DNA from: an uncultured Gemmatimonadales bacterium
GTDB lineage: Bacteria; Gemmatimonadota; Gemmatimonadetes; Longimicrobiales; RSA9
NCBI GenBank assembly: GCA_963798085.1
Contig: CAWCRS010000007.1
Location: 576,001 to 640,000, forward strand
Direction: 5' to 3'
DNA length: 64,000 nt
The position numbers and the translations under genes were made by a program. Below the pieces are notes generated by a model, which made no database searches, was not told the DNA's origin, and saw only the letters and a program-made list of their open reading frames with translations. Positions within the stretch are counted from its first letter, which is position 1. Every line of letters starts with the position of its first letter. This document shows positions 11,367 through 21,198 of the stretch, in pieces.

Positions 11367-12467
11367 ATGCGCGTCCTCTTCGTGGATGACGAACCGCGCG
11401 TGCTGGACGGCCTCGGCCGCATGCTGTTCGGACTGGACCGGGAATGGGAAACACGCTTCGCGACCAGCGCTACGGAAGCCATGGCGCTGCTGGCGGAATG
11501 GAGTGCGGACGTGGTCGTCTGCGACATGCGCATGCCCGGCATGGATGGCGCCGGCCTGCTGCGCCACGTGCAGGCGAGGCATCCCGGCGCCATGCGCATT
11601 CTGCTCTCCAGTCACACGGATCAGGAGGCCGCCTTCCGTGCGCTCGGCCTGGCGCACCAGTTCCTGTCCAAGCCCTGTGCCGGACAGGTGCTGGTCGACG
11701 CCATCGAGCGGTTCGAATGTCTGCAGCGCATGCTGCAGAGCGCGCCCCTGCAGCGTCTGATCGGCCGCGTGGACCGTCTGCCCCCGGCGCCCCGGATCTG
11801 CCTCGAGCTGTGGCGCACGCTCTCCGACAACGCGCAGGGCACGGCGGACGCGGCGGCCATCATCGGCAAGGACCCCGCGCTGGCGCTGCGCGTCCTGCAC
11901 CTGGCTAACTCTGCGTTAATGTGGCGCGGCTCGCCCATCGAGGACATCCGCTCGGCCGTGGCGCGCATCGGCGTGGATTCGCTGCGCACCCTGGTGCTGG
12001 CCAGCGAGGCGCTGGGCGGTTACGGCGGCAGCATGGCCGAGGCGTTGCAGCAGCGCGCGCTGCGCGCGTCGCTCTTCGCGCGGCGCCTGGCGCCATCGCG
12101 CGTGGCGGGCGAGATCGCGGCTACGGCCGCGCTGCTCGCGGATGTGGCGCTGCTGGTGCCCGGTGTGCCGGTACTGTGCGAGGAGGCGAGGGCGGCAGGT
12201 GCGGAGATCACGCACGCGGAAGTGAGCGCCTACCTGCTCGGACTCTGGGGCCTGCCTTCGCCCATTGTCGAAGCCGTGGCGCACCATCACGCGCCGGGTC
12301 GCGTGCCCCAGCACGAGTTCGGGCCCATCGCCATGGTGCACGTGGCCGTGTCACTGGCCGCCGGCGCAGCGCCTGATGCCGCGTTCCTGACACAGCTCGG
12401 TATGGCCGACCGTATCCCCGTCTTCGAGAGCCAGTTCTGCGACATGTGCGGAGAGTCCGATGGCTGA
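11367..12467 (+). CDS. Response regulator, REC + HDOD domain
   Basis: VLFVDDE, DMRMPGMDG, FLSKP; LPPAP..DPALALRVLHLANSA..AVARIG; HAEVSAYLLGLWGLP..IVEAVAHHH. Confidence 0.9.
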   Translation: MRVLFVDDEPRVLDGLGRMLFGLDREWETRFATSATEAMALLAEWSADVVVCDMRMPGMDGAGLLRHVQARHPGAMRILLSSHTDQEAAFRALGLAHQFLSKPCAGQVLVDAIERFECLQRMLQSAPLQRLIGRVDRLPPAPRICLELWRTLSDNAQGTADAAAIIGKDPALALRVLHLANSALMWRGSPIEDIRSAVARIGVDSLRTLVLASEALGGYGGSMAEALQQRALRASLFARRLAPSRVAGEIAATAALLADVALLVPGVPVLCEEARAAGAEITHAEVSAYLLGLWGLPSPIVEAVAHHHAPGRVPQHEFGPIAMVHVAVSLAAGAAPDAAFLTQLGMADRIPVFESQFCDMCGESDG

Positions 12468-13590
12468 CGGCGTGCGCATCCTCTGCGTCGATGACGAGCC
12501 CAACGTGCTGGCGGCGCTGGAACGCACGCTGCACGACCGCTTTGCCGTGGTGACCGCGCCCAGCGGCGAGAAGGGTCTCGAGCTGATGGAGGCGAACGGT
12601 CCGTTCACGGTCGTGGTTTCGGACATGCGCATGCCCGGTATGGACGGCGCATCGTTCCTGGCGCGGGCGAGGGGCCGCTTTCCCGATACTGTCCGGGTGC
12701 TGCTCACCGGACACGCCAATGTGCCGGCCGCCGTTGCGGCCATCAACGATGGCGGAGTGTTCCGTTTCCTGACCAAGCCGTGTCCGCCTGATGTGCTGCT
12801 GGAAACACTGGAGCAGGCCGTGGCGAAGCACTGGTTCGCGCAGGCGGAGCGCGAGCTGCTGGAGACCACGCTGCGCGGCACCATCCACATGCTCACGCAG
12901 ATCCTGGCCGTGGCCTCGCCCTGGGCGTTCCACCGCGCCGCCTTCGCCGAGGCCTGCGTGCGCCACGCCCTGCGCACGCTGCGCTGGCGAGAGGCGTGGA
13001 TGTACGAGGCGGCGGCCTCGCTGAGTCAGATCGGCTGGGTGGGCCTGCCGCAGGACCTGGTGCTGGCGCGCGGCGATGAAGCCCTGCCCGCGCGTGATGC
13101 GGCGCTGCTGGCGAGCCATGCCGAGATCGCGTGGCGTCTGCTCGCGCCGATTCCGCGACTGGATCGCGTCGCCGAAATCGTGCGTTATCAGAATGCGCCG
13201 CCGCCCGCAAAGGCATCATCGGACGTGACCCGTGGCGCAGAGCTGCTGCGCGCCGCGCTGGCAATGGAGGACGCGTTCGTCAAGAACATGCCCGCCGCGA
13301 GCATCAACGAACACCTGCGCCGGCTGCGCCCGCTGCCGAGCGACGCCGTGATTGCGGCCATGGACGGCTTCCGCGCCGAATTCAGTGAGCTGCGCGCCGC
13401 CTCGGTGCGCGATCTCGTTGCCGGCTGGGTGCTGGACGAAGATGTGCGCACGCGCGGCGGCCTGCTGCTGCTGCCGCGCGGCCAGGAGCTGACGGAGCCC
13501 GCCATCCTCTCGCTGCGCCGCATGCGCCAGCGCGACGCGATCGTCGAGCCGATCCGCGTCCGCCTGCGCGCCCGCCCGCCCGCGAACTGA
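12460..13590 (+). CDS. Response regulator, REC + degenerate HD-GYP-like domain
   Basis: ILCVDDE, SDMRMPGMDG, FRFLTKP; AASLSQIG at the usual HDIG position; HAEIAWRLL..IPRL. Confidence 0.85.
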   Translation: MADGVRILCVDDEPNVLAALERTLHDRFAVVTAPSGEKGLELMEANGPFTVVVSDMRMPGMDGASFLARARGRFPDTVRVLLTGHANVPAAVAAINDGGVFRFLTKPCPPDVLLETLEQAVAKHWFAQAERELLETTLRGTIHMLTQILAVASPWAFHRAAFAEACVRHALRTLRWREAWMYEAAASLSQIGWVGLPQDLVLARGDEALPARDAALLASHAEIAWRLLAPIPRLDRVAEIVRYQNAPPPAKASSDVTRGAELLRAALAMEDAFVKNMPAASINEHLRRLRPLPSDAVIAAMDGFRAEFSELRAASVRDLVAGWVLDEDVRTRGGLLLLPRGQELTEPAILSLRRMRQRDAIVEPIRVRLRARPPAN

Positions 13591-13805
13591 ACCGCGCCGG
13601 CCGGGCGCCGCGGACCCCGACTCGCGCGTCCGGCCGCAATGTAGTATCTCTCGACCCTGTCCCACGCAGTTGGCGGGAGCGGGTCATGGTTCAGTCCGCA
13701 ACGGTTTCGTGCCGCCGGGGCCTCCCTGAAGGCCTCGTCCCATCGCGCCGCATCCTGCTCCCCACGCCGTCACACTTGCCACCCGCAAATCCTGGGAGTT
13801 CTGCA

Positions 13806-15920
13806 ATGCGCAAGCGATCTGCTGTTGTGCTGCTGCTTCTGTCGGGCGTGCTGTTCACACCGGCGTTGGCCCGCGCGCAGGCGAGAGGCAACACGGGCGT
13901 CGCGACGGCCGGTCCGCCGCCGCGCGCGATCCGCCGCGACATTCCAATGACCGACATGATCCGGCGCGCCTTCGCGGCCGGCACGCGCGATTCCACCGGA
14001 CGGCCCGGACCGAACTACTGGCAGCTCTGGATGGACTACACGATCGACGCGAAGCTGGACCCATCCACATCGACCGTATCCGGCCACGAGACTGCGATCA
14101 TTCACAACAACAGCCCGCACGAGATGAACGCGATCGTGCTGCGGCTCGACCAGAACATCTTCTCACCCAATGTGCCGCGCGCGGAAACCGTCACCGAGAT
14201 CACCGATGGCATGCAGGTCACGCGTCTTGCCGTCGACGATGAACTCATCGAGCTGCATCCTCTCGCCAGCGAGCTGGGCCGCGGCGGCAGAGGTGGCCGC
14301 GGGGGTCGTGGCGGGGCGCCGCTCGAGCATCCCATAGTCACGGGACTCGATCAGACGGTGGCGCGCATTCAGCTGGCAAAGCCCATCGAAGCGGGTGGCA
14401 CAGCGAAGCTGGAAGCGGAGTGGAACTTCCGTGTTCCGCGTGCCGACAACGTGCGCGGCCTGCGCATGGGCCGCTGGGCGGACAGCCTGTACCAGGTGGC
14501 GCAGTGGTATCCGCGTGTTACCGTGTTCGATGATCTGCGCCAGGGCGGCTGGGATACCGATCCGTATCTTGGCCCCTCCGAGTTCTACAACAACTTCGGC
14601 CACTTCGACGTGCACATCGACGTGCCCGCCGGCTGGATCGTGGGCGCGACGGGCGTGCTGCAGAATCCTGAAGATGTGCTGACCCGCACGGCGCGCGAGC
14701 GGCTGGCACACGTGCTGGATTCGGATTCCGTGCGCAGCATCGTGAGCGCCGATGAGCGCGGGCCGGGCAGGTCTACGGCAGCAGGCGACCGGCTTGTCTG
14801 GCACTTCGTCGCGGATACCGCCGGCGATGTCGCGTGGGCCACGTCGAATCAGTTCGTGTGGGATGCCACCCGCGCCACCATCCCCGGCAAGGGCCCGATC
14901 CCCGTCAACATCCTCTATCTGCCCGGACACGCGCAGCAGTACGCGCAAGGCGGTCCCATTGCCAGCCACGCGCTCGAGTTCTACTCGAAGCTGTGGATGC
15001 CGTACGCGTTCCCGCTGCTCACCGTCGTGGATGGCCCCGAAGGCGGCATGGAATACCCGATGTTCATCATGTCCAGCGCGGGCGCGTCCGACCACGAGAC
15101 CGGACACCAGTGGTGGCCCATGATGGTGGGCGTCAACGAAACCTGGTACGGCTTCATGGATGAAGGCTTCAACCAGTACATGAACGTACTGTCGCGGCAG
15201 GATCGCCAGCACCAGCCGTTCGATGTCGACGGCTACGGCCAGAGCTACGGCCGCAGCAGTGGCGACGAGCGTGAAGCGCCGCTCATGTGGGATGCGAATT
15301 ACGGCGGTCCCATGTATTCGTTTCAGGCGTACTCGAAGGCGCCCATGATGCTCTCGATGCTGGGTGGCGTGGTGGGCGACAGCGCGGTGTGGCACGCCAT
15401 GAGCGCGTACGCGAAGGCGTGGCGCTTCAAGCACCCCTCACCCTGGGACTACGCCTTCTTCATGTCCAACGCGCTGCACCGCGACCTGGGCTGGTTCTGG
15501 TACTACTGGCTGTTCACCACCGATGCGCCGGACGGCTCGATCGCGAATGTCAGCACCACGGGAACGCGCACGACTGTAACCGTGCGTCAGGACGGGCAGA
15601 TGCCATCGCCGGTGGTGCTGGGTGTAAAGTTCGCGCCCCAGGGGCCAGCCATCCATGCCATGCCTAACAGCGTGGTAACCGACAGCACGGCCGTGGTGAC
15701 CTGGCCCGTGGATGTGTGGTTCAACGGCAGCCGCACCTTCAACGCGGTCCTGGACTTCGGTGGCCGGAAGATCGATCGGATCACACTCGATCCGCACTGC
15801 CGCTTCCCGGACAACGATGTGAGTGACAACTACTGGCCACGCAGCGCCGCGCCGCCGCCGCCGCAGGGCCGCGGCTTTGGTGGCGGCGGCGGCCGTGGTG
15901 GCTCGCTCTGTCCGGGCTGA
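13806..15920 (+). CDS. Secreted M1 family zinc metallopeptidase
   Basis: Signal peptide; GGMEYP; HETGH-x18-E (MDEG); GGGAG SD. Confidence 0.9.
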   Translation: MRKRSAVVLLLLSGVLFTPALARAQARGNTGVATAGPPPRAIRRDIPMTDMIRRAFAAGTRDSTGRPGPNYWQLWMDYTIDAKLDPSTSTVSGHETAIIHNNSPHEMNAIVLRLDQNIFSPNVPRAETVTEITDGMQVTRLAVDDELIELHPLASELGRGGRGGRGGRGGAPLEHPIVTGLDQTVARIQLAKPIEAGGTAKLEAEWNFRVPRADNVRGLRMGRWADSLYQVAQWYPRVTVFDDLRQGGWDTDPYLGPSEFYNNFGHFDVHIDVPAGWIVGATGVLQNPEDVLTRTARERLAHVLDSDSVRSIVSADERGPGRSTAAGDRLVWHFVADTAGDVAWATSNQFVWDATRATIPGKGPIPVNILYLPGHAQQYAQGGPIASHALEFYSKLWMPYAFPLLTVVDGPEGGMEYPMFIMSSAGASDHETGHQWWPMMVGVNETWYGFMDEGFNQYMNVLSRQDRQHQPFDVDGYGQSYGRSSGDEREAPLMWDANYGGPMYSFQAYSKAPMMLSMLGGVVGDSAVWHAMSAYAKAWRFKHPSPWDYAFFMSNALHRDLGWFWYYWLFTTDAPDGSIANVSTTGTRTTVTVRQDGQMPSPVVLGVKFAPQGPAIHAMPNSVVTDSTAVVTWPVDVWFNGSRTFNAVLDFGGRKIDRITLDPHCRFPDNDVSDNYWPRSAAPPPPQGRGFGGGGGRGGSLCPG

Positions 15921-15986
15921 GTCGTCGCTGGCATGAATGGAGGGTCGCGGGCGCCTCACACGAACGCCCGCGGCCCGCGCCCGCGA

Positions 15987-17102
15987 TCAGGGCTCGAAGA
16001 AGCGATAGTAGACGTCCTGCGAGCCCTCCGCACCGAACACCCAGACGGCCAGGTACACGCCATTCGTGCTGGTAAGCACGAGTTTGTGCGAGTAGCCGTC
16101 ACCCACCGCGCCAATGCGTGAAACACCCAGCGGGTAGACCTGCGCGGATGCGGCCGGAATCTGATACACGCGCGGGTTGGGGCCTTCGCGCGTGGACAGC
16201 CAGCTGATCATCCAGTTGCCGGTTTCCCGCTGATACAGGCTGGGAAACAGATTCACAATGTTGCCGGCATCCCTCGTGACCCGCACCGGCTCCGTCCACG
16301 TGAGCCCATTGCTGGACGTGGCGTAGTACACATCCGACTTGTGGTTCAACCAGGGCAGCGCTTCCGTCGTGTCGTGCCGTACCCAGACCAGCGCAATGTG
16401 ATCGTCGATGCGCGCGGCGTAGGGCAGGTGGTCGTTCATGACCGGATCGTTCAGGCCGGCCACGGGCACGGGCGAGGTCCAGTTCTCCTGCCCGGGCGGG
16501 CGGCGCGCGACGTAAAGGTCTGTTATCGTGTGCGCGGGCGTGCGCAATGCGCTGGCGAAGTAGATGAGCAGCGCGCCATCGGGCGCCTGCGCGATGGTCG
16601 GCACCCAGTCGTCGACATCGGCCGCCGACGTCACCTGCACTTCATTGGCCGGATCCCACGTGATGCCGTCGGCCGAGTGGTTGTACATGATGTGCCCGCG
16701 GAAGGGTGCGCTCCAGCGGAACCACGTCAGGTGGAAGGTGCCGTCGTCGCTTTGAATCAGATGCCGATTGAACTCGCCATCCTGACTGTGGCTCACCCGC
16801 ACCGGCGCCTGCCACGCGGTGGCCCGCCGGATGCGCGTTACGTAGATGTCGCCGCTGCCCGTGCGGTCGGAGAACCACGCGACGAAGATCGTTCCGTCTT
16901 TCGCGCGCACCACCGACGGGTCTTCGTCCTTGCCCGGATTGTCCACGGACAGGATCGCCGGCGTGGTGGGCGCGAACGCGTGATCGCCGCCATCGCCTGT
17001 GGCGTCGCCATTACAGCCGACACTGGCGAGCAGCAGAATGAGCGCTGGGATGGCGACTGCGGCATGATGAGTGGTGCTGCGCACCTGCCAGACTGGACGC
17101 AT
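15987..17102 (-). CDS. BNR/Asp-box repeat (sialidase-like beta-propeller) lipoprotein
   Basis: Lipobox LASVG|C; SADGITW and SSNGLTW Asp-box motifs; repeated P..V..DG.I.V.W.S blades. Confidence 0.7.
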   Translation of the reverse strand: MRPVWQVRSTTHHAAVAIPALILLLASVGCNGDATGDGGDHAFAPTTPAILSVDNPGKDEDPSVVRAKDGTIFVAWFSDRTGSGDIYVTRIRRATAWQAPVRVSHSQDGEFNRHLIQSDDGTFHLTWFRWSAPFRGHIMYNHSADGITWDPANEVQVTSAADVDDWVPTIAQAPDGALLIYFASALRTPAHTITDLYVARRPPGQENWTSPVPVAGLNDPVMNDHLPYAARIDDHIALVWVRHDTTEALPWLNHKSDVYYATSSNGLTWTEPVRVTRDAGNIVNLFPSLYQRETGNWMISWLSTREGPNPRVYQIPAASAQVYPLGVSRIGAVGDGYSHKLVLTSTNGVYLAVWVFGAEGSQDVYYRFFEP

Positions 17103-17210
17103 CACGGCCTCCTCGCTGGACGGGATGCGGCTGCTACACCGGGTTGCAGGCGGCAAGGGCGGCGCGCGGCCGGATGGGTGCCGGCGGCTGTCACGGCAAC
17201 TGCGCGTCCG

Positions 17211-20200
17211 TCAATTCGTTGTTGAGCTTTCAACAACGGGATCGAGGACTGCGGCGGCGGCGGAACCCTGCAGCCTTGTCGCGCGCATGGCGGATTGCAG
17301 CTCGCCCACGCGCCGCTGCGCCGAGTCGCGCTGCGCGGCAAAGGGCAGCTCCGCGCGTTGCCACGCGCCGATAACGCGCTGATAGTGGGCCAGTGCACTG
17401 TCGCGCTGGCCGGCGGCATCGAAGGCGCGCGCCAGCAGCAGGTGTGCTTCCGTGAGCGTCAGGTGCAGGTTGGAGGCGTCGAGCACGGCGCCGCGCACGA
17501 TGGGGCGCACCGCGGCGATGGCATCGGCGGCGCGGTCGCGGCGCAGCAGCAGCCGGCCCAGCTCGTAGTTCGTGCGATTGCCGCCTGTGGTGCTCGAGTA
17601 GATGGCGCTCGTCAGCTCGGCAATGGCGGCTTCGTCCTGGCCGGCGCCCGCCAGGCCGAGCGCGCGGATGTGATGGTGCAGCCTGCGGTCGCGCTCCAGG
17701 TAGCTGAGCTGCGCCACCTGCTGGATGGTGTCGGCGAGCGCCGCCAGGCTGGCCGTCTCGCCGGCCTGCGCCAGCGCGCTGGCGCGCAGCATTTGCGCCC
17801 AGACCCGCCGGGCCGCGCGATTCGATGCCGGTTCGCCGGGCAGGTACCAGCGCGAGATGGAATCGAACAGCGCGGCGGCATTCTTCGAGCGCTGCATCTC
17901 GAGCAGCACCTGCGCCTCGACGAAGGCGCCCGGCGGCGCGCTGCCCGCCGGTCCGCCGGTCTCGGCAGCGGCGCGCCGGAAGCGGCGCGCGGCGGCGAGC
18001 GCTTCCGTGAGCCGGCCCTGATGGCGCAGGCTCATGACCTGGAAGAACCAGATCTGGCTCACCCGTGAGGCCGGGCTGGTTTCCAGTGCGTCCGATAACA
18101 GCCTGTCAGCCTTGTCGAATTCGCCGTCCCGCACGTAGTGGCGCACGCGCTCGCCCAGTCCGCCGTTCAGCTCGTCCACCGCGTCCGCGTTGCGCAGCGC
18201 CTCGGCGGCATCGTCGTACTCGCCGCGCAGATCCAGCACATCAGCCAGACGGCGCCAGGCGGAAGCGGCGCGCGGCTGCAGTACGAGTCCGCGGCGCGCG
18301 GTGCGCCGGGCCGCATCCATCGAGTCCGCGAACACCCACGCACTGACCAGCAGGTTCAGCGCATCACAGCCGCTGCAGCTGCTCTGCGCGTTCAGCAGCA
18401 CGACGGAATCCATGGCAATGGCGCGCTCCAGAAACGGCACCGCGCCCGCAAAATCACCCGCCACAATGCGTGCCGTCCCCGAGTAGACGTGGCCCACGAC
18501 CTCGTCCGGGTAGCGGATCGAGAGCGTGTCCGCAGTGGCGCGCAGGATGGGATCGTACGTCGTGCTCGCAAACCAGGCGCGTATGATGAGCCGCTCGCGC
18601 TCGCTGGTGCGCTCGGAAAGCCGCAGCGCGCGGTTGATGCGATCCTGGTAGGCGGCGTGACGGGGCAGCCGCCAGTCGGAGCCAATGGCGCGCGCACTCT
18701 GAAAGGCCGCCATGGCGAAAGTGGAATCCTCCGTCAGCGCTGCATCGAACAGACGCTGCGCGCCACTGCGGTCGTTCTCGTAGAGTCGCGCCAGTCCTTC
18801 GCTGTACAGACGGTAGGCGACGACGCTTCGCGTGGTCACGTCCGAGATCGAGCCGCGCGGCGGGGCCACGTCCAGCTGCGCCGCCAGCCTCGCCGTGCCG
18901 CTGTCCGCGAGCGCGAAGAGATCGCCGCCGGTGACCGTGCTCGAGCCGATCACGTTGCCCGACTTCAGATCAATGCGCCGCAGATCGAGGCGCAGACCAC
19001 TCGCCGCCGCGTACAGCGCGCCATCCACCATCTCGGTGGCGCCGGCCAGACGCGCTGCAGCGACAGGCGCGGTTGCCGAATCGACGTCCGACTTCACGTG
19101 GCGCAGCAGCTCACTCATGCGCGTGTTGCTGATCACGCGCAGCCCGCTGGTACGCGCCAGGTTGGTCACCAGCATTTCGGCCAGCGGACTGAACGGTTCC
19201 GGTTCCGCCGCCGAGCGGTAGTCGGCAATGCGGCCCACCGCGAGGACTGGCGCCATGCTCATGGACGAGAGCGACGTGACCATCGTGAGGTTCCGCGACC
19301 TCGCCGACCACAGCCCGAGCGCCGCGCCGCCCAGCGCCAGGCCCGACAGTCCGGTCACGAGACTGTGGCGATTGCGGCGCATGAAGGCGCGCACGCGGTA
19401 GGTGCGCGTGCCACCGCGCGCCAGCACCGGTCGGCCATCGAGATGGCGGCGCACATCCTCGGCCAGCTCTCCGGCCGTGTCGTAGCGCAGCCACGGCTCG
19501 CGCCGCATGCAGCGCAGCGCGATCGCGTCAATGTCGCCGCGCAGCCGCCGGCGCACGGTCTCCTCCACCGCCACACTCGATGGCGGCCGCGGCGTCGCCT
19601 CCAGAACGCGTCGCTCGATGGCAAACCCGTCCTCGCGTTCCTCGCCGAACGGCAGCCGCCCCGCCACCAGCTGGAACAGCACCACACCCAGCGACCACAC
19701 ATCGCTGGCCGGCGTCACGGTATCGCCGCGCACCTGCTCGGGGCTGGCGTAATCCGGTGTCAGGAGGCGCACACCGGTGCGCGTCAGGTTGCGCGCCGCC
19801 TCCGCGTCCGGCGCCACCAGTTTGGCAATGCCGAAATCGAGCAGCTTCACATCGCCTTCCGCCGTGACCAGCACGTTGCCCGGCTTGAGATCGCGGTGCA
19901 CGATCTGGTGGCGGTGCGCGTAACGCACGGCATCGCAGACGGCGAGGAAGAGGTTCAGCCGGCCGGGCACATCCACGGCGTGCTCACGGCAGTAGCGGTC
20001 GATGGGCACGCCGTCGACGTACTCCATCGCGAACCACGGCAGTCCGTCCGGCGTGAAGCCGCCGTCGAGAAGACGAGCGATGTTGGGGTGCTCGAGCGTC
20101 GCGAGGATGCGGCGCTCCTCGAGAAAGCGCTGCACGATCTCGTTGTCCAGGTGCAGGCCACGACGCACCAGTTTGAGTGCGACGCGCTGCTCGAAGTCGT

Positions 20201-20543
20201 CGACCCGCTCCGCCAGATACACGGACCCCATGCCGCCGCGGCCGATTTCACGCACGATGCGATAGTGCTCGATGACTGCGGGCGTCCCGGCGGGAAGTGG
20301 CGCGGGGTTCGGACTCAGCTCTCCCGCAACACGAGCGACCGGCTCGTGCAGGAACGCTTCCGAGCGCTCGATCGCGCCCAGCATGCGCTGTACTTCGGCA
20401 AACAACTCCGGATCATCGGCGGCGCGGGCGAGGAATGCCGCACGCTGCGCCGGTTCCAGCTCGAGGGCTTCGTCGAGCAGCGCCTCGACGCGACGCCAGC
20501 GCTCCTGGTCCGGAGCGTTCTCCGCGGCGTCGTCGGCGCGCAT
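17211..20543 (-). CDS. Membrane Hanks-type Ser/Thr kinase with C-terminal TPR-like region
   Basis: GRGGMGSVY, VALK, HRDLKPGN, DFG, YASPEQ; one TM segment; TPR-like helices; start overlaps ECF stop (ATGA). Confidence 0.92.
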   Translation of the reverse strand: MRADDAAENAPDQERWRRVEALLDEALELEPAQRAAFLARAADDPELFAEVQRMLGAIERSEAFLHEPVARVAGELSPNPAPLPAGTPAVIEHYRIVREIGRGGMGSVYLAERVDDFEQRVALKLVRRGLHLDNEIVQRFLEERRILATLEHPNIARLLDGGFTPDGLPWFAMEYVDGVPIDRYCREHAVDVPGRLNLFLAVCDAVRYAHRHQIVHRDLKPGNVLVTAEGDVKLLDFGIAKLVAPDAEAARNLTRTGVRLLTPDYASPEQVRGDTVTPASDVWSLGVVLFQLVAGRLPFGEEREDGFAIERRVLEATPRPPSSVAVEETVRRRLRGDIDAIALRCMRREPWLRYDTAGELAEDVRRHLDGRPVLARGGTRTYRVRAFMRRNRHSLVTGLSGLALGGAALGLWSARSRNLTMVTSLSSMSMAPVLAVGRIADYRSAAEPEPFSPLAEMLVTNLARTSGLRVISNTRMSELLRHVKSDVDSATAPVAAARLAGATEMVDGALYAAASGLRLDLRRIDLKSGNVIGSSTVTGGDLFALADSGTARLAAQLDVAPPRGSISDVTTRSVVAYRLYSEGLARLYENDRSGAQRLFDAALTEDSTFAMAAFQSARAIGSDWRLPRHAAYQDRINRALRLSERTSERERLIIRAWFASTTYDPILRATADTLSIRYPDEVVGHVYSGTARIVAGDFAGAVPFLERAIAMDSVVLLNAQSSCSGCDALNLLVSAWVFADSMDAARRTARRGLVLQPRAASAWRRLADVLDLRGEYDDAAEALRNADAVDELNGGLGERVRHYVRDGEFDKADRLLSDALETSPASRVSQIWFFQVMSLRHQGRLTEALAAARRFRRAAAETGGPAGSAPPGAFVEAQVLLEMQRSKNAAALFDSISRWYLPGEPASNRAARRVWAQMLRASALAQAGETASLAALADTIQQVAQLSYLERDRRLHHHIRALGLAGAGQDEAAIAELTSAIYSSTTGGNRTNYELGRLLLRRDRAADAIAAVRPIVRGAVLDASNLHLTLTEAHLLLARAFDAAGQRDSALAHYQRVIGAWQRAELPFAAQRDSAQRRVGELQSAMRATRLQGSAAAAVLDPVVESSTTN

Positions 20544-21118
20544 CAGCCAGGGCTGCCCAGTGCCTCGAAGAGCCAGCCCCTCGCCTTGAGCCAGTCCCGC
20601 TGAACGGTCCGCTCCGTGACGCCCAGGGCGAGCGCCGTCTCCGCGTCCGTGAGCCCGCCGAAGAACCGGCACTCGACCACGCGTGCCAGCCGCTCGTTCA
20701 TCCTGGCAAGACCATCCAGCGCCGCATCCAGATCGATCAGGCGGTCCGGATCCGACTCGATCGCGAACATCGCGTCATCCAGCTCGACGGGAACGGCGCC
20801 GCCGCCTCGCCGGGCAGCCCGGTGCTTGCGCGCGTAGTCCACGAGGATTCGGCGCATGGCGCGGGAGGCCATGGCGAGGAAGTGAGCGCGGTCCCGCCAT
20901 TCGACGCGGTTGATGTCGACCAGGCGCACGTAGGCCTCGTGCACCAGCGCGGTCGCGCCCAGCGTGTGCCCGTCGGGCTCGCGTCGCAGCTGCCGGAGCG
21001 CCATCCCGCGCAGGTCCTGGTAGACGAGCGGGAACAGCCGGTCGAATGCATCGCGGTCCCCCCCACGACAGTTCAGGAGGAGCTCGGTAACGCGTTCCTG
21101 GCCCTGCATGGCGCCCAT
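20543..21118 (-). CDS. ECF sigma factor (kinase-associated, TIGR02999-like)
   Basis: VTELL..GDRDAFDRLFPLVYQDLR..HTLGATALVHEAY..RAHFLA..MRRILVDYAR; RFFGGLT..ETA..RTVQRDWLKARGWL; GGAG SD. Confidence 0.93.
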   Translation of the reverse strand: MGAMQGQERVTELLLNCRGGDRDAFDRLFPLVYQDLRGMALRQLRREPDGHTLGATALVHEAYVRLVDINRVEWRDRAHFLAMASRAMRRILVDYARKHRAARRGGGAVPVELDDAMFAIESDPDRLIDLDAALDGLARMNERLARVVECRFFGGLTDAETALALGVTERTVQRDWLKARGWLFEALGSPG

Positions 21119-21198
21119 GTCTGTCTCCAGGGGATCCCCCGACAGCGGCAGCGACAAGATACACGCGGCCCGGCGACGGGAAAATATGTCCGGTTGGC

